A stretch of DNA of 63,718 bases, the filler included, from Olpidium bornovanus S191 (lineage: Eukaryota > Fungi > Olpidiomycota), in the NCBI GenBank assembly GCA_017911155.1. It is 28 parts of 28 records of this genome, joined end to end, with 100 filler letters (N's around TTAATTAATTAA, not from the genome) between each part and the next. Parts side by side here need not be neighbours in the genome. Positions count along the whole stretch, not along the records: positions 23,739 to 27,755 come from JAEFCI010003157.1; positions 27,856 to 29,580 come from JAEFCI010004753.1; positions 29,681 to 31,178 come from JAEFCI010002926.1; positions 31,279 to 34,705 come from JAEFCI010008924.1; positions 34,806 to 36,305 come from JAEFCI010012343.1; positions 36,406 to 37,411 come from JAEFCI010009014.1; positions 37,512 to 40,483 come from JAEFCI010003326.1; 21 more parts are not named here. The stretch is one strand, 5' to 3'. The position numbers and the translations under genes are program-made. This document shows, piece after piece, positions 24,522 to 37,517 of this stretch. The notes beneath the pieces were generated by a model, which was not told the DNA's origin, ran no database searches, and saw nothing but the letters and a program-made list of their open reading frames with translations. The first letter of the stretch is position 1; every line of letters starts with the position of its first letter.

Positions 24522-27500
24522 ATGATCTACGACACCCTCAGGCTGTGAGTCGTCGCCGTCTTGCGGGAGCGGGCGGTAGCGAAAAGCAGGAGGCCGTCCG
24601 GTTTCATCCGACCCCCGACCCCTTTCCACTGCCAACCCATTCCACCGCGGCGCCGGCAGCCGGCGCTGCCCCCTCCCCCCTTCTGGGAAGCCCGCTGCCG
24701 CCGTAAGGACCGCCGCGCACGCAGTGAAAGACGGCGGCCGGCAAGGTGGCGCTGTGTTAAACGGTTGCAGAAGAAGGGCGACGGGGAGATAGGAGGGAAA
24801 TCGAAGACCTTGTTTTCCGTTTTGTTCCGCCGTTGCACTCTTTTTCCGACTAAAGCGGCCCGCTAGTTCTAATCGCTTTTTCCGTTTTCCGTCGGGTTTC
24901 TCACTGTCAAACAGATACATCGGCGATGATTTCTACTTCATCGAACCGACGTACGTCGACCTTTCGAGGCCGCAGCAGAACATTTACATCGACAGGGACA
25001 CGACCGCCATAAAAGTGAACTGTGAGAGGTGTCCGGGCGCTTTTGTTTTTTTTGTTGATGTAGAGCGGTGAAGGTCGTCCGGCTGTGCCTGCCCATTTTT
25101 TCTGACCGGCTGTTGCCTGCACATTCTCGGAACTGGCGACACCGGAACGACCCTGTTGGCGGGAAAACCTAAAAACACTTAGCCGCGTCCACGCCGCGCA
25201 CGGAGCACCTGGAAAAGATCGAGACCGTGTATGGTCTGCTGGGCATCATTAAGCTGCACGCTGGTAAATACGTTTGCTCCGCTGCGAAGTGCTGATACCC
25301 ACTGCCCGAAGATTAATGCTGCTGGCCCAAGTGTGGTCATCCATGTTCCGTTTATTCGGTGCTGGTAATTTTTGGTGACTGTCTTCCCGCTGTCCGCTTG
25401 TTTGTTCAGGTGACTACCTGGTTGCCATAAGTGAACGCCGGAGGGTCGGCATCCTTGGCCGACACAGCCTTTTTCAGGTCGCGGCCGCTAAGCTGTACCC
25501 ATTCCACCGGAATTCTCTACACATGCGGGAGGAGCAGGTGCGATCCTTGGTTCGCGGGATGCTCTGGCCACCCGGACGGAGGTGCAGGCGTGCCCTGCGC
25601 GCTGGACAGGTCTCTTGGTTTTCCTTGATCTCAAACGGCACGCACTTTCCGGGACACATCGGCACCAGATAAAAGACGAGGAGATCTTCCTCTCGCTCCT
25701 CGACTCGGTCCTGCACAGCGGTGCCAACTACTTCTCATACACTTTCGACATCACGAATTCCCTGCAGCGGCAAGTCGTCCAGGACAATCGGCTTCCAATG
25801 TGGAAGAGGGGGGGTGCGGAGATGTTTGGGTCTTTGAAGAGGGAGTGCTTATGGCGTTTCGACGGGACTGTGGAGCCCGAGGCAGGAGTTGCTGGTTGCG
25901 GAGCGGACGGGAAGGAAGCCAAAACGCCTCGTATTGTTTTGCAGGCGGACGACCGCTTCTTCTGGAACCGGTACCTGATGCGACGTTTTATCGACATGGC
26001 GTCTCGGCCGGAAAACGACGTGAGTCGAGGACATTCGTGCATTGCTTTTTTGTGCCGGATTTCGGTGCTCATGTCCGGCGGACTCTGGTGGAACCTCTTG
26101 CTGTTTAACAGCTCAGCAGCTTTATCCTTCCCGTCCTCCACGGATGTAAGTGGATTTATCATTGTGAACCAGACTAAGCGCGCGTGACTAGGACGAGCAT
26201 TTTCTGAAAGGTTTCTGTTTTTGATTTCCGCGGCAACCTGTTATGTTTCTCGATCCGTGTCCTAAACCCCTGTCTCCTCGGGGATATTCCAGTCGTGACC
26301 ATCCGGCCGGCTGTAGTCCACCACCGGCCGTTTGTTTACGCCCTTATTTCTCGCCGATCACGGTATCGCGTCGGCACGCGCTACTTCTCGCGAGGCGTGG
26401 ACAGGGAGGGAAACGTGTCCAATTTCGTGGAGACGGAGCAGATCGTGTTGGCTGACCCGCCGGACGCCGATACCGGGACCGAGGGCTCAGTGGAGGGCAA
26501 GCTGAAGATGTCGTACGTGCAGACCAGGGGGAGCATACCGGTTTTCTGGTCGCAGGTGACCAACCTTAAGTACGCGCCGAAGCTGTACGCCGTCGAGACG
26601 CCGCAGACCGTGCGTTCGCCTGCTGCTAGGCTCGCTTCTGATCGGCCGCGGTTACGGCAGAACCTGACACGTGCACCCTCCTAATCCGCTTGACGCATTC
26701 CTACAGGTCCCGGCTTTGCGGCGACACATTGACAGCCAGCTGCACATCTACGGGCCGCAGACTTTGGTCAACCTGGTCAACAAGAAGGGCTACGAAAAGA
26801 CGGTTGGCGATCTGTTCACGCGGGTGATGACGGAACATTATCCGCCGGAGAAGAAGGCAGACCACAATGTCACCTACGTGCACTGGGACTTTCACACCGA
26901 GTGCAGCAAGATGCGCTGGGACCGGATATCCCTGCTGCTGGAAGTCTTGGACGACAATTTCAAGTCGCAGGGGTGGGTGTCCACGTCCGTTTACGCTGTC
27001 GCCAGTGGGCCGGAAGCTGGCGTATCAGAGTGCTCCCATCTTGGCTGATTGCGCAGGTACCGCGCTCCTCCCTCGCAGGTATTACTACGAAATTGGCGGC
27101 GTGGGGGGCCAAGCGCCGGTTGTGCGCAGCAGGCAGAACGGGACGACGCGGAGCAATTGCATGGACTGCCTCGACCGCACGAACGTGGTGCAGTCGATGA
27201 TCGCGCGCCACGTGCTGGCCAAGCAGCTGCGAGAAATCGGGGTGTTCTCGCCCGGCGAACGCGTGGAGGACGACGCGGGGCTGTACCACATGTTCCGCAA
27301 CGTGTGGGCCGACAACGCGGACGCAGTCAGCAGCGCGTACTCCGGCACCAGCGCGCTGAAAACGGACTTCACCAGAACCGGGAGAAGGACGAGAGCCGGA
27401 GCCCTGCGCGACGGCGTCAACTCGGTCGTCCGGTACCTCAAGAACAACTACTTCGACGGCGCGCGGCAGGACGCTTTCGACCTTTTTCTCGGGAACTTCG

Positions 27501-27568
27501 AGGTGTCCATCCTCCCAAATGGCGCCGGCAGCCCGTTCAGGGTGAAAAGGACGATGCGGTACAAAGTG
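24522..27568 (+). CDS. SAC1: Sac1 phosphoinositide phosphatase, 3' end missing
   Basis: YGLLGIIKL..YFSYTFDITNSLQR..DDRFFWN..ISRRSRYRVGTRYFSRGVD..NFVETEQI..QTRGSIP..WDFHTEC..RSNCMDCLDRTNVVQS (CX5R motif)..WADNAD..YSGTSALKTDFTRTG. Confidence 0.96.
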
Positions 27569-27855
27569 GTGGGTTCTTTTTTTCCCTTGTTTGAAGTGTG
27601 TGTGTGTGTGTGTGTGTGTGCGCGTGCGTGCGTGCATGCCTGCGTGCGTGTGGTTGTGGAGACGGGGCAGATGGTATTGAACGAGGGAAGCGTGCAGGGA
27701 AGTCAGGTTGTAAGGGCAGTCCTGGGGGGTTATTTTTGTTTTGGTTCCACCTGACNNNNNNNNNNNNNNNNNNNNNNNNNNNNNNNNNNNNNNNNNNNNT
27801 TAATTAATTAANNNNNNNNNNNNNNNNNNNNNNNNNNNNNNNNNNNNNNNNNNNN

Positions 27856-29362
27856 AGGTATCAGTGAACGTTGCCGCGATTGCGGCGCTGACTTGAGCCT
27901 ACGAAAACGGCGGATTTGTCGAGCACAATTAGTTAGTGAGCCGGACGATCACTCCCACGCACGCTCGCCTTACATGATACTGTTCCATCAGCGACACCTC
28001 CTCGAAATCAGGGTCGCGCAAACCGCCAAAGGCGACAATGACGGTCTTGAGAAGCTGCAGTCCCTCCAAGCGCATGTGGATGACTTGGTTGGTGGCCGCC
28101 GTGAAGGCCATTTTTATGAGGTCGGGAAGGCGGAGGACGAGGTAGTCGGTTGAGGCGCCGGCGCGCCGCCGGCTGCGAGCAAGGCCGAAATCAAAGTGCT
28201 CGGGAAACGGGTTCGGCTCGTCACGGATCACGCGAATCAGCTCGCGTAGGCAATTTAGTGCAAAGATCTGGGTTCGCCACCGGGGCGGGTTGGCGGCAGA
28301 GCCGGCCGCAGGCGGCTGCCCACCAGCGGCCGGAACGCCCGCGACCTTCCCCGGTGCGCCATCGAAATCGTCGCGGTCCTCGTCTGAGTAGGCACCCGGT
28401 GCGCCACGAGATCGAAAGCCTATACCGCTCTGAGCGACCTCGGCGGTGGCCGTCATCTCCGTCGCGGAGGCCTTTGTCAACACCTTCCTGCACAGGTCGA
28501 TGGACCTGGACGGTGCGATGACCGCCGTCCGCCGCAGAAGGCCGGTGATCACAGACTTCACTTCGTCGACGTAGGGATCCGTATCCAGCATCGCGAAAAG
28601 CTGTTCCTCTAAGCCCTGGGGAACGGCCATCAAAACCGCAGCTGGGTCTCGCTGCACCAACTGATAAAGGCACGTGACTGACGCCCGCTTGATCTGGTTA
28701 TGCCTACTGCCAAGCTGCCGCTGCAAGAACGGGACGAGCACGTTGACGTTTATGGCGGCTGGGGGAAACATGATAAAACTCTGCGTACATCTGAGTGCCT
28801 CAACGACGACGAACTGCTCCGACTCGTATTTGAGCTCCTCGGCGATGTTGAGGCAAACGTCCCGTACCTGGCACTGATGTTGCAACTCGGGACCCAGCGT
28901 ACCGATAATCCCTGAAATGATCCGACCGAAGGACTGGTACACCTCTGAAAGACCCATGCCGGCCTGGATGTTGGCGGAAGCGCCTCCTCCAGGCTCATGC
29001 GTCTCGGACAGGAAGAGTTTTGCGATCAGATCCACCGTTAAGTTAACGAACGGCGAGAACATCAGGCCCGCACCGTAGACCGTGGCCGAAAGTGCGTGCA
29101 GCGCCCACATGTGCACAACCGGATGCGGGTCCGAAGAAAGCGAGTGCAGTATCTGCACGATGGTCCGCAAATGGGCGGAGGAAGCCATGCCGCCAGCTGC
29201 CGAGAGAACGCTGCCGAGGGCGACGGCACAACCGGCGCGAGCGTTCGGGTCCGTGTTCTTCACCACCTGGTCCACAAGGGTTTGCAGTTCGGCAGTCATT
29301 ACCTGGGCCCCGGCTATTTTCGTCAACGTGCCCATCGTGTTACTGGCTACATTGCGCAGGTA
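27856..29362 (-). CDS. HEATR5B: HEAT repeat-containing protein 5 / Laa1, internal fragment
   Basis: DPNARAGCAVALGSV..HSLSSDPHPVVHMWALHAL..PRWRTQIFA..RLPDLIKMAFTAAT..MRLEGLQLL..DPDFEEVSLMEQY. Confidence 0.9.
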
Positions 29363-29761
29363 AGGGGCTGGGGAGACGATGCCGGCCTGATTTCGGGGTC
29401 GTGGGTTAGGCACCAGTGCAAGAGCTTGGACGACAACGCACACAATCCGACAACCTACATTCACAACTTCTGTCACCAAATCTGTCGCCCGACCGGGAGG
29501 AATGCCCGGGGTCGCAGCGTTATCGCCACATTTTTGACCGTCGAAAAATTTTGCTGCCTTGGCGTTCTTAAGCGTGCATGNNNNNNNNNNNNNNNNNNNN
29601 NNNNNNNNNNNNNNNNNNNNNNNNTTAATTAATTAANNNNNNNNNNNNNNNNNNNNNNNNNNNNNNNNNNNNNNNNNNNNCATGGATGTCATTTTGGACG
29701 ATTACAATGAAAGACTGCGAAAAAACCGCGGCAAGACTTCAAAAGTAGTCAAAGAGGATAT

Positions 29762-30131
29762 CTGCCGCATCCAGCGTTCGGACCACCTGAGCTGAAAGCG
29801 AGCCTTGTTTGGAGCTGTTTTCATGCCGTCGTTTGGCGAGTTCATCTTTGAAATGCGAATACCGATGAAATCGATGTGAGCCGTGCGGGTGAAAAGGATG
29901 GGGGAAGAGGACTCCGGACTAACGACTGACCCTCTCGATCGCACAATGTCTCAAGCTTGTCCCAAGTCAGCCGTGCCCAATCGGCGGTATTCGCAGATCT
30001 GTCTGCGTTAGGAACCTCCGCAACGCGCCAGTCATCCATCTTCAAGAATTTAGACAGATCTTCTGGGGTAATTCCTCCGTTCATCAAAAGTCCAGATTTT
30101 GTAAACAGCGAAAAGGCTATCTTCCCGAGCT
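29762..30131 (-). CDS. Hypothetical protein exons
   Basis: CAG/GT-bounded exon ELGKIAFSLFTKSGLLMNGGITPEDLSKFLKMDDWRVAEVP..WARLTWDKLETLCDRE, with a probable next exon GSHRFHRYSHFKDELAKRR. Family not recognised. Confidence 0.3.
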
Positions 30132-33100
30132 CTGAAAGGCGAGAACGGTACGGGCAAAAAAAATATCTAAGTATCGGTGCTCCGAGGTTGATTTAGCACA
30201 CGTCGCTTTGGACGGTCGGCGGAAGTCACTGCAGAGGATAACCTTTTTGAGCCTCCTGTAACTCGGCTTTCGCTTTGGCCAGCCGGGGGTTCTCAGCCGG
30301 GTGAGAACCTGAATGTTTGCGATAATACGTTCGATGAGTATCCGCGTTGCCACAACTTAGCCTTCGTTTGCCGCTCGTCTTTTCGCTCCCAAGCGAACCC
30401 GCAGCAGCTTGTTCATCGTGAAGAGGCTGGGATAACTTCTCCATGGCAGGTGCAGCGTATCGAGTGCGCAGCAAGGAGCGCTCTGCGGAACAGGAAGGCG
30501 GGATCGAAAGCTGATCGAGCGGTAACACCGGGCGGGGGGTGAGGTTCGGAGAGCAGAAGGACGGGACGGACACGGTGAGCGCAACCTGTTTGACCCGCAA
30601 GCACCGGTGACGTTTGATCCCGCACTAGGAGGCGGAGCCCCCCACCGGCCCTGCCCCGCGGGCCGCCCACCCAGACGCCCGTCGGAATCACCTCGCTGGT
30701 GCGCCTTCGGGTTGGTCGTGAGACCCTTGTTCCGACCCGGCAGACGGCAGCCTGCGGCGGCACCTGGGCGTGTTTCGTGACAGTGTGTTTGTGCGGTGGG
30801 CCGCGGCGACCAGACCGTCCTTAGCGGGAAAATCAATTAATCAATTATATGTCCGCCCGACAGGCAAGGTTTGACGTCGTCCGCGCAGACACCCAAACGC
30901 GCCCGGGAGCGGCGGAAAAAAAAACGACCGCCTCTGTCGCGTTGCGCACTGCAGTCTCCCGCCAGTGGGCGGTCGCCGCGCGCCGCAGCTTGGCCGGCGT
31001 TAGACGCAGGCGTGCTGATGTTCTTTACCTCTGGCCGCAACCGGAGGAGGGCCCCATCCCTCGAACCGTAGTGCCGTAGGCAGCAACGGAAACACCAAAG
31101 CAGAAAGTGGCCTTCGCGCGTAGAAGCGATGAGAAGCGCGCTAGACAAACCGCCGTCATAGATGGTGCCGCGCACGGANNNNNNNNNNNNNNNNNNNNNN
31201 NNNNNNNNNNNNNNNNNNNNNNTTAATTAATTAANNNNNNNNNNNNNNNNNNNNNNNNNNNNNNNNNNNNNNNNNNNNCATGATCAAAGGTGTCGTGGTT
31301 CCAAACGGGAGTGCCAAATTATGTTGAGTGCTTTACGAAGCCGCAAATGTCCACGAGGGAAAGGACAGAAAAAAAGAGAGAGAGAGAACAAAAAAGGGAA
31401 GAAGAAATCTTGTCGTCCTTCCTTCAACTGAACGGCCGCTCACTCGTCTTCTCGCGTCCTCCGCCGTAACGCTCAGAAATCTTCGGCGACACCGCCGGAG
31501 GTCCAGTACCAACCTCCCGACGACGCCGTCTTACAAGCCCGCGACGGGCCTACGCGCGGCGGGGTTGGCGTCATCGCTCGCCTCGTAGCGGCCTTTCGGC
31601 CCGGCGGCGGCCGTAGTGGCAAGTCGATGTTAATATCTTCCCATCGGTTTAAGGTGCTTGCCTTTTCCGTGTTCTCAAGTCGCTCTCCAGTTTCACTTCG
31701 ATCCACGACTTTTCTTCAATGTCAATAGGGCTCGCGGACGTGATTTCGCGATGTTCAATCGTTTCCTTCTCCGTGTTTTCGTCGGCGATTTGGCGTCCCC
31801 AAGCCAGGCGAGGCGTTCGCTCGTCGAGCTCGGTGCGCACGACGATTCGGCGGCCGTCCTCTTGGCTAACGGTCAGCTTCGGCTGCTGCGACGGGGTGCG
31901 TAACCGCGGCCACGGTTGAATTGGCGCCGACGTGGAAAGCAGCGACGAAGTGGTCACCGCGGTCGAGGCCGCGCTCGACTCGCCGCTCGCGGCTGTCGTC
32001 TTCGAGGTCGTCACGGCCGGCGTCTCGGCTCCCCCCGGGCTGTCGCGCTCCTTGCGGAATTCGGCGGAGATGGCGCTGAACGTCCCGGCGAGGGCGACGT
32101 CCGCAGGTTACAAAACCGCGGTTAGCGCAGCGACGCTGGTTGGAGGTCAGCCCCGGCCCCACACTCGGGGAGGCTCCGCGCTCGTCGCGCTTTTCGCCAT
32201 CAGCGGCATTGTCAGCCCTTGCCCCCGAAGTCGCGAATGGTTTTACCCGTCGACACCGTCGTTCCCGCGAGCCCAGCGGCGCTCGCTCGCGACTGTGACA
32301 CGGTGGCAGGCGTATGGTCGGTCGTTGTCGTCGTCGCGGCCGTCGTCCCCACTGCCGCGGTCTCGCCGCGACATGCCGTAGTTCGACCCTGCGGGCTCTC
32401 CTGGCCAGGCGTCCGCCAGCGCGCTTTCCTTCCCCGCGTCGACCGCCGTGGTTGCGCCCCTCTCCACGTCCTGCGCCCGCTGCGCGGTTGTGGCGGTTTA
32501 CTGTGTGCGGCGCAGTCGCGCGGGGTCCATCTGGTCGCTCCGCTCCCCCCCTTGACGTCTTGTCAGCCTTTTTTTTTTATCTTACCCGCAGTCAAAATAT
32601 CCTTAGCTCGATTGAAAATTAAGCTCGCCCGACGATGCGCTCGAGCTATAATGTACGCGCCGGTTAGCTTTCTCCCGCGGCTCGAGAGCTTAATTTCGGC
32701 TTCCTCGGCCGCGCAAGTGGACCCGTTCTCGTGCCTGACCCTGGCGGTCGTAGTCCCCTTCTCGTCGTTCCTCACAATCGCTCAAAGAAGCAAAATAAAA
32801 AAAGAAAAAGAAGATACGGCAAAAAAACATAAAGCCGCTCTGGATTCGGGCGATGCTGCCTGGGAAGGAAGAGAATCTGGGAGGGGGATTTGGGTGCCCG
32901 GGACTATAGTACATAAGCAAATTTGAGAGAAGGAAAAGGTGTGGGAGGAGGGAGGAGGGGGGGGAAGGGGGAGGGGAGAGAGGCCCCGGGAAGTGTGTAT
33001 ATTATCTCAAAAGGAGGAGCTGAATAGGCCCGTTCTAACCGTAACGCGGCATATGTATCCAAAGGAAAAAGGAGAAGTGGGAAGCAGGAGAGGCAGGGGG

Positions 33101-33266
33101 GGAGGGGAAGAGGGACGAAAAAAACTGAAATCCGGGAGAAAGGACATAGAGACGCACGGCAGGTAACAAAGCGGGCCATCCGAAGCAGGAGTCCCAAAAA
33201 AAAGTAGCAAATAACAGAGAACCTTCACAGCCGCCTTCCCGAGTGGCTAGCGTCGACGGATCCCCT

Positions 33267-34694
33267 TCATTGACTGCCGTCCGACGTCGTCGGCGAGAGA
33301 GGGAGTCCGCCGCTGAACTCGTCGCTGTACCCGAAGGACACGCCGGCGTCCCGCGCTTGGAAGGGCCGATGATGCTGCAGCTGCAGCTGCATCTGCTGCC
33401 GGTGGTGGTGGTGGAGCGCGACCGTGAGGCCGCTGGCAGGCATCTGGGACGCCGGGGAGGCGGAGGAAAATACGGGCGTCGCCGCCGAGCTCGCGGAAAC
33501 CGACGCTTCGCCGTGGACGCCCTCCATGACCGGGGTCGCGCAACCGGCGGAAGCGGAGTACAAGGATCCGACGTCGGCGCCCTGCGCCTGCAGCATGCTC
33601 TCCAGCTCCGCGTTTCGGTACGCCTGCTGCTGGACTAGTTGCTGCAGCTGGCGGATGTAATCGACGGACTTGCGCAGTATGATGCCCTTGTTCGGCTTGT
33701 TGGCGGGAGAGATCAGGCAGTCCGGCAGCAGCGTCGAAAGCTCGTGGATCTTCTCGTTGATGTTGTCCCGCCGCCGGCGCTCCACCGCGTTGTGGCTCTC
33801 GCGCCGCCGCCGCCGTTTCTCGTATATGAGCTCCACGTTCGCGCTGCTGTTCGCGCGTACGGCAGTGAGCAAGTTAGCATCCGCATCCGTATTGCAATGA
33901 ACGCAAGAGCCAGGCGGCGCGCTAACTCGCATAAAACAAAATGCTAACCTTGCCGGGAAACTCCCTCCGTACACCTGCGCGACAGATGAGGCGGCAAGCT
34001 CAGTGTGCGAAAGCCCGGCTGCCAATGCAAACGTCTTTCCCGAAGGTTCGCTCTCGTGCGACTCCAGACGCCCCGGCGAACCACCAAACTCTCGCGTGAA
34101 CGACCCGCGTGTCTGCGGGCTGCCGCCGACGAACGACTCCTCGACCCCAAGGGAGGATGGCCCCCCTTGCGCAACAAACCAGTCGACACTGCGAACTGGG
34201 AGTGACATGCTGTGGAAGTGCGCTGTTGACACGGACGGGACCGGCGAGCCCATGGCGGCCACGTGCGCGGCGCCGTCAGAGTGCCGGAGAGGCCCGAAGT
34301 GCGCACTGTAACCATTCCGCATGATGTTGACGCCCGACGTCGCCGCGGCCGACCGGGGAATCTTGACGTCGATGGGTCCACTGGAAGCGAAGGCCAACGG
34401 TGAACCGGGAGTGTCCGGCGGCGTTCCAGCCATGTCCTGAGGCGTCGAGGCAGGGTCGAACAGGTACTCGCCGGAAGGGAGGGAGATGGGAGAAAAGAGG
34501 TCATGGTCGGCCGGGGACATGCCGTAAGAAGCCGCATGGGCGGCGCTGACCAGGTCGTCGCCGACGGCCGAGCCCAGCGACGGCGACATGTTCAGCACAC
34601 CCGTACGCAATCCCGAGGGGTTCGGGTAGTTCTGGTTGCCTGCAAAAGGGTAGTCCGGCGACGGCTCCTTCTTGACGTCGAAAATGTGATGCAT
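33267..34694 (-). CDS. bHLH-ZIP transcription factor, MiT/TFE-Rtg3-like
   Basis: YEKRRRRRESHNAVERRRRDNINEKIHELSTLLP..NKGIILRKSVDYIRQLQ plus a zipper. Probable intron at about 33840-33950. Confidence 0.88.
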   Translation of the reverse strand: MHHIFDVKKEPSPDYPFAGNQNYPNPSGLRTGVLNMSPSLGSAVGDDLVSAAHAASYGMSPADHDLFSPISLPSGEYLFDPASTPQDMAGTPPDTPGSPLAFASSGPIDVKIPRSAAATSGVNIMRNGYSAHFGPLRHSDGAAHVAAMGSPVPSVSTAHFHSMSLPVRSVDWFVAQGGPSSLGVEESFVGGSPQTRGSFTREFGGSPGRLESHESEPSGKTFALAAGLSHTELAASSVAQVYGGSFPARLAFCFMRVSAPPGSCVHCNTDADANLLTAVRANSSANVELIYEKRRRRRESHNAVERRRRDNINEKIHELSTLLPDCLISPANKPNKGIILRKSVDYIRQLQQLVQQQAYRNAELESMLQAQGADVGSLYSASAGCATPVMEGVHGEASVSASSAATPVFSSASPASQMPASGLTVALHHHHRQQMQLQLQHHRPFQARDAGVSFGYSDEFSGGLPLSPTTSDGSQ

Positions 34695-36873
34695 GAGCGG
34701 GGACCNNNNNNNNNNNNNNNNNNNNNNNNNNNNNNNNNNNNNNNNNNNNTTAATTAATTAANNNNNNNNNNNNNNNNNNNNNNNNNNNNNNNNNNNNNNN
34801 NNNNNAAGCCCGGATAAATGCAGAGGGAAGCCCGCCGAACCCCCACCTTCGCCAGTATTATTATTTAGGGCGAGGCATTGCGTTTACATTGCCATAATTT
34901 ACTTGCCTCCTTTTGCCAGTACTTTACTCCACAGTCACTTAGTTTGAGGCGTACATTTACATTGCAGTAATTTACATAATTTGCGAAATTATAATCCGTG
35001 GGCTTCCGCGGGCAAATGGGATGGCTCTGCGTGTCACTATTGAAAAAAAGAAATGGTGCGTTAAAAAATATAGTGCGTTTCTCATGGAAAAAAGAACATG
35101 GCCGTCGCGGCAAGCCCGAACCTCGTTTTTTCCCTCTCCAGGCACCTGGCGAGTTGACGGGCGGCGTCGGAGGCGAGATGGGGCGTGGAAGGGGGGGGGG
35201 GTTGTGTGTGTGTTTGGGGTGGGGGGGGGTAGGGGGGAGGAGGAAGCCGTAATGTTAATCATATATCCGATGTGGAGATTCTACCATGAAGCGGCAGGCA
35301 GGAATACAAACCACGCAGCTACACAGTTAATATCGCCGGCGTTGGAAAAACAAATTCTTTGCAGCAGGCCGATCGACGGCGCCAAAGAACTCGGCTTCAG
35401 CGAGCGTGTCCTCAACCGCGCCTTCGTCCTCCTCTCCCAAACCACCCTCATGATCCGCAATCGCGACGACCGCCTGCGGCCCCGCGGCAGCCTGGGCCTT
35501 CCCGATTGCGGAGGCCGGGCGGACGAGCGGGAATCGTCGGGTTTTGCCCGCATTTTTTTTCTGCGCGCCCGTTTGGTATCCACGAGGCGGTTCTCAAACG
35601 CCGACCCTCTCGAACGCCCCTGAGCGAAGAAGTTTTGATTGTCCCTCTTCGTCCTGACCACGTCATTTGCATAAATGTCTTTATTTGCGGACGATCTAAG
35701 AACCGACGGAGGGGCCGCTGCGGACATTGAATTTCTTTACGACTCAAACGGCAGACTCGGGTGATGGCGACCTGTGCCTGTTGGCGTGCCTGGATTTCCA
35801 GGCGAGTTGGAAGCAGAGTACTGCTTGACTATCATTTTCTCAAAGGTAAAGGCACAGACCAGAAGAAATTGAACAATCAATTTAGCAATCTTAATATCTA
35901 TTTTTCATTTACAATTCAGCAAGGCAAATATTGTGATTTTGCAAAGCGGACGCAAAATCCCTATTAAGCAATCATCAATGATAATTACATTTGCACCTTA
36001 TTTGGTGCAAGACACAGCAAAGATAAAGAAAGACGCCGCAAAGAGAAAGGAAGGTAGGATGACAAGGTTAACGCTGTGCAACGACAGATACAAAGAGTTC
36101 GATCGACTTGGTGAGATTGACAAAAAATGTGAAAGAGCTCGAGTGAACAACTTACTACAGTATAGTGATAAACGACTCCTGCGTCCTCGCCACCATCCCA
36201 AATATAGATTTGGATTGGTTTCAAGGAAGTCGCTTCAATTTACCTTTTGGCTACTCGGTGTCAATGCCATAATTCGTTTTATCTGCGACCTCGCCGCTGC
36301 CCATGNNNNNNNNNNNNNNNNNNNNNNNNNNNNNNNNNNNNNNNNNNNNTTAATTAATTAANNNNNNNNNNNNNNNNNNNNNNNNNNNNNNNNNNNNNNN
36401 NNNNNACGGGAACCTTCGAAATGAGAATATGAGGCACTAGGCGCTACCGGTTCTCTCGCCTGTTTCCAATCCCGACGTGATGTTTCAGCTTCCACGAGCC
36501 TGTCTTTGTGTGCGGTGGCCATCATGGATTGTTCATCTTATGGCTACATCCACTCAACAAAATGACGACCACGACAAACCTGCCTGTAAGAATTCGAAAT
36601 CTCCGCTTTTTGATCGACCGGCGGCCCGGGTGGGTTCACACGGTTCAGGCGGTTCGTTAAAATACGTGACGGCTCGGCGCCGATTCCCAGCTGATCGTCG
36701 TGCGAGGTAGTTCTCGCGAGAATTTTGGGCTTTGAACATCGAATGGTTTTTTGGCCGTGTGTGTTGGCCCGCGGGGGGTAAAAGAATCCCGGCGTCTGAC
36801 CCTCGGTTGTCCCGATTGTTGAGCGGAGGACCGCCAGCGTTGACTGGGAACTGGCTTTCGTTTTGTTCTCCGG

Positions 36874-36904
<31 letters not shown>

Positions 36905-37517
36905 CCCTCCCCTTTGGTGCGCATAACCGGATACCACCACTGCAGGATCCGAGCGACCCACGCCTTCCCGCCTCCCCGCCGCCCGTGCGGAACTGCGAGC
37001 GAGCGTTTGCGCGGGAGAGGCGAGCGCCCGTCGCCGCCCGCTCCGGGCAGACAGAGAAGATTCGTCGCGGCGGAGGCTTTCGGTTCTCGCGGGGCGCGCG
37101 TGGCCGCCGGCGGCGGGCTTGGAAGGGGGGGGATCACGCGGCGGGAGGGAGAAAGCCTGTTCTTCCGTCCGGGCGGGGAAGAAAGAAGAAGGGGAAGGAG
37201 GGAGGAGCGTGTGCGTGCGTGTGCCAGGGAGAACTTGGACGAAACCCCCCCCCCAAAAAAAAAGGAACAAAAAAAATAAGAAGAAAAAAGTCATGAGATC
37301 GCAAACGTCTTCGGGCCGACCCTCCATTCGGAAGAAAACGTCAGCATCTGGTCAAAAAACCACCAGGCCGCCGCCGGCAACCCCACAAAGTCGCAACTCA
37401 CGCCGGGCAGTNNNNNNNNNNNNNNNNNNNNNNNNNNNNNNNNNNNNNNNNNNNNTTAATTAATTAANNNNNNNNNNNNNNNNNNNNNNNNNNNNNNNNN
37501 NNNNNNNNNNNGCAGAC

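Noticed and set aside
25805-25815. Frameshift or pseudogenisation of SAC1
   Set aside because: A one-base discrepancy inside a G7 run at a splice donor, with the rest of the gene intact. Treated as a sequencing error.
31400-32930. Possible minus-strand gene downstream of the bHLH gene
   Set aside because: Some exon-like stretches exist, but I could not build a consistent model or assign a family. The same applies to 1950-2818, 6652-8117, 34806-37411, 55940-56700 and 62714-63718.
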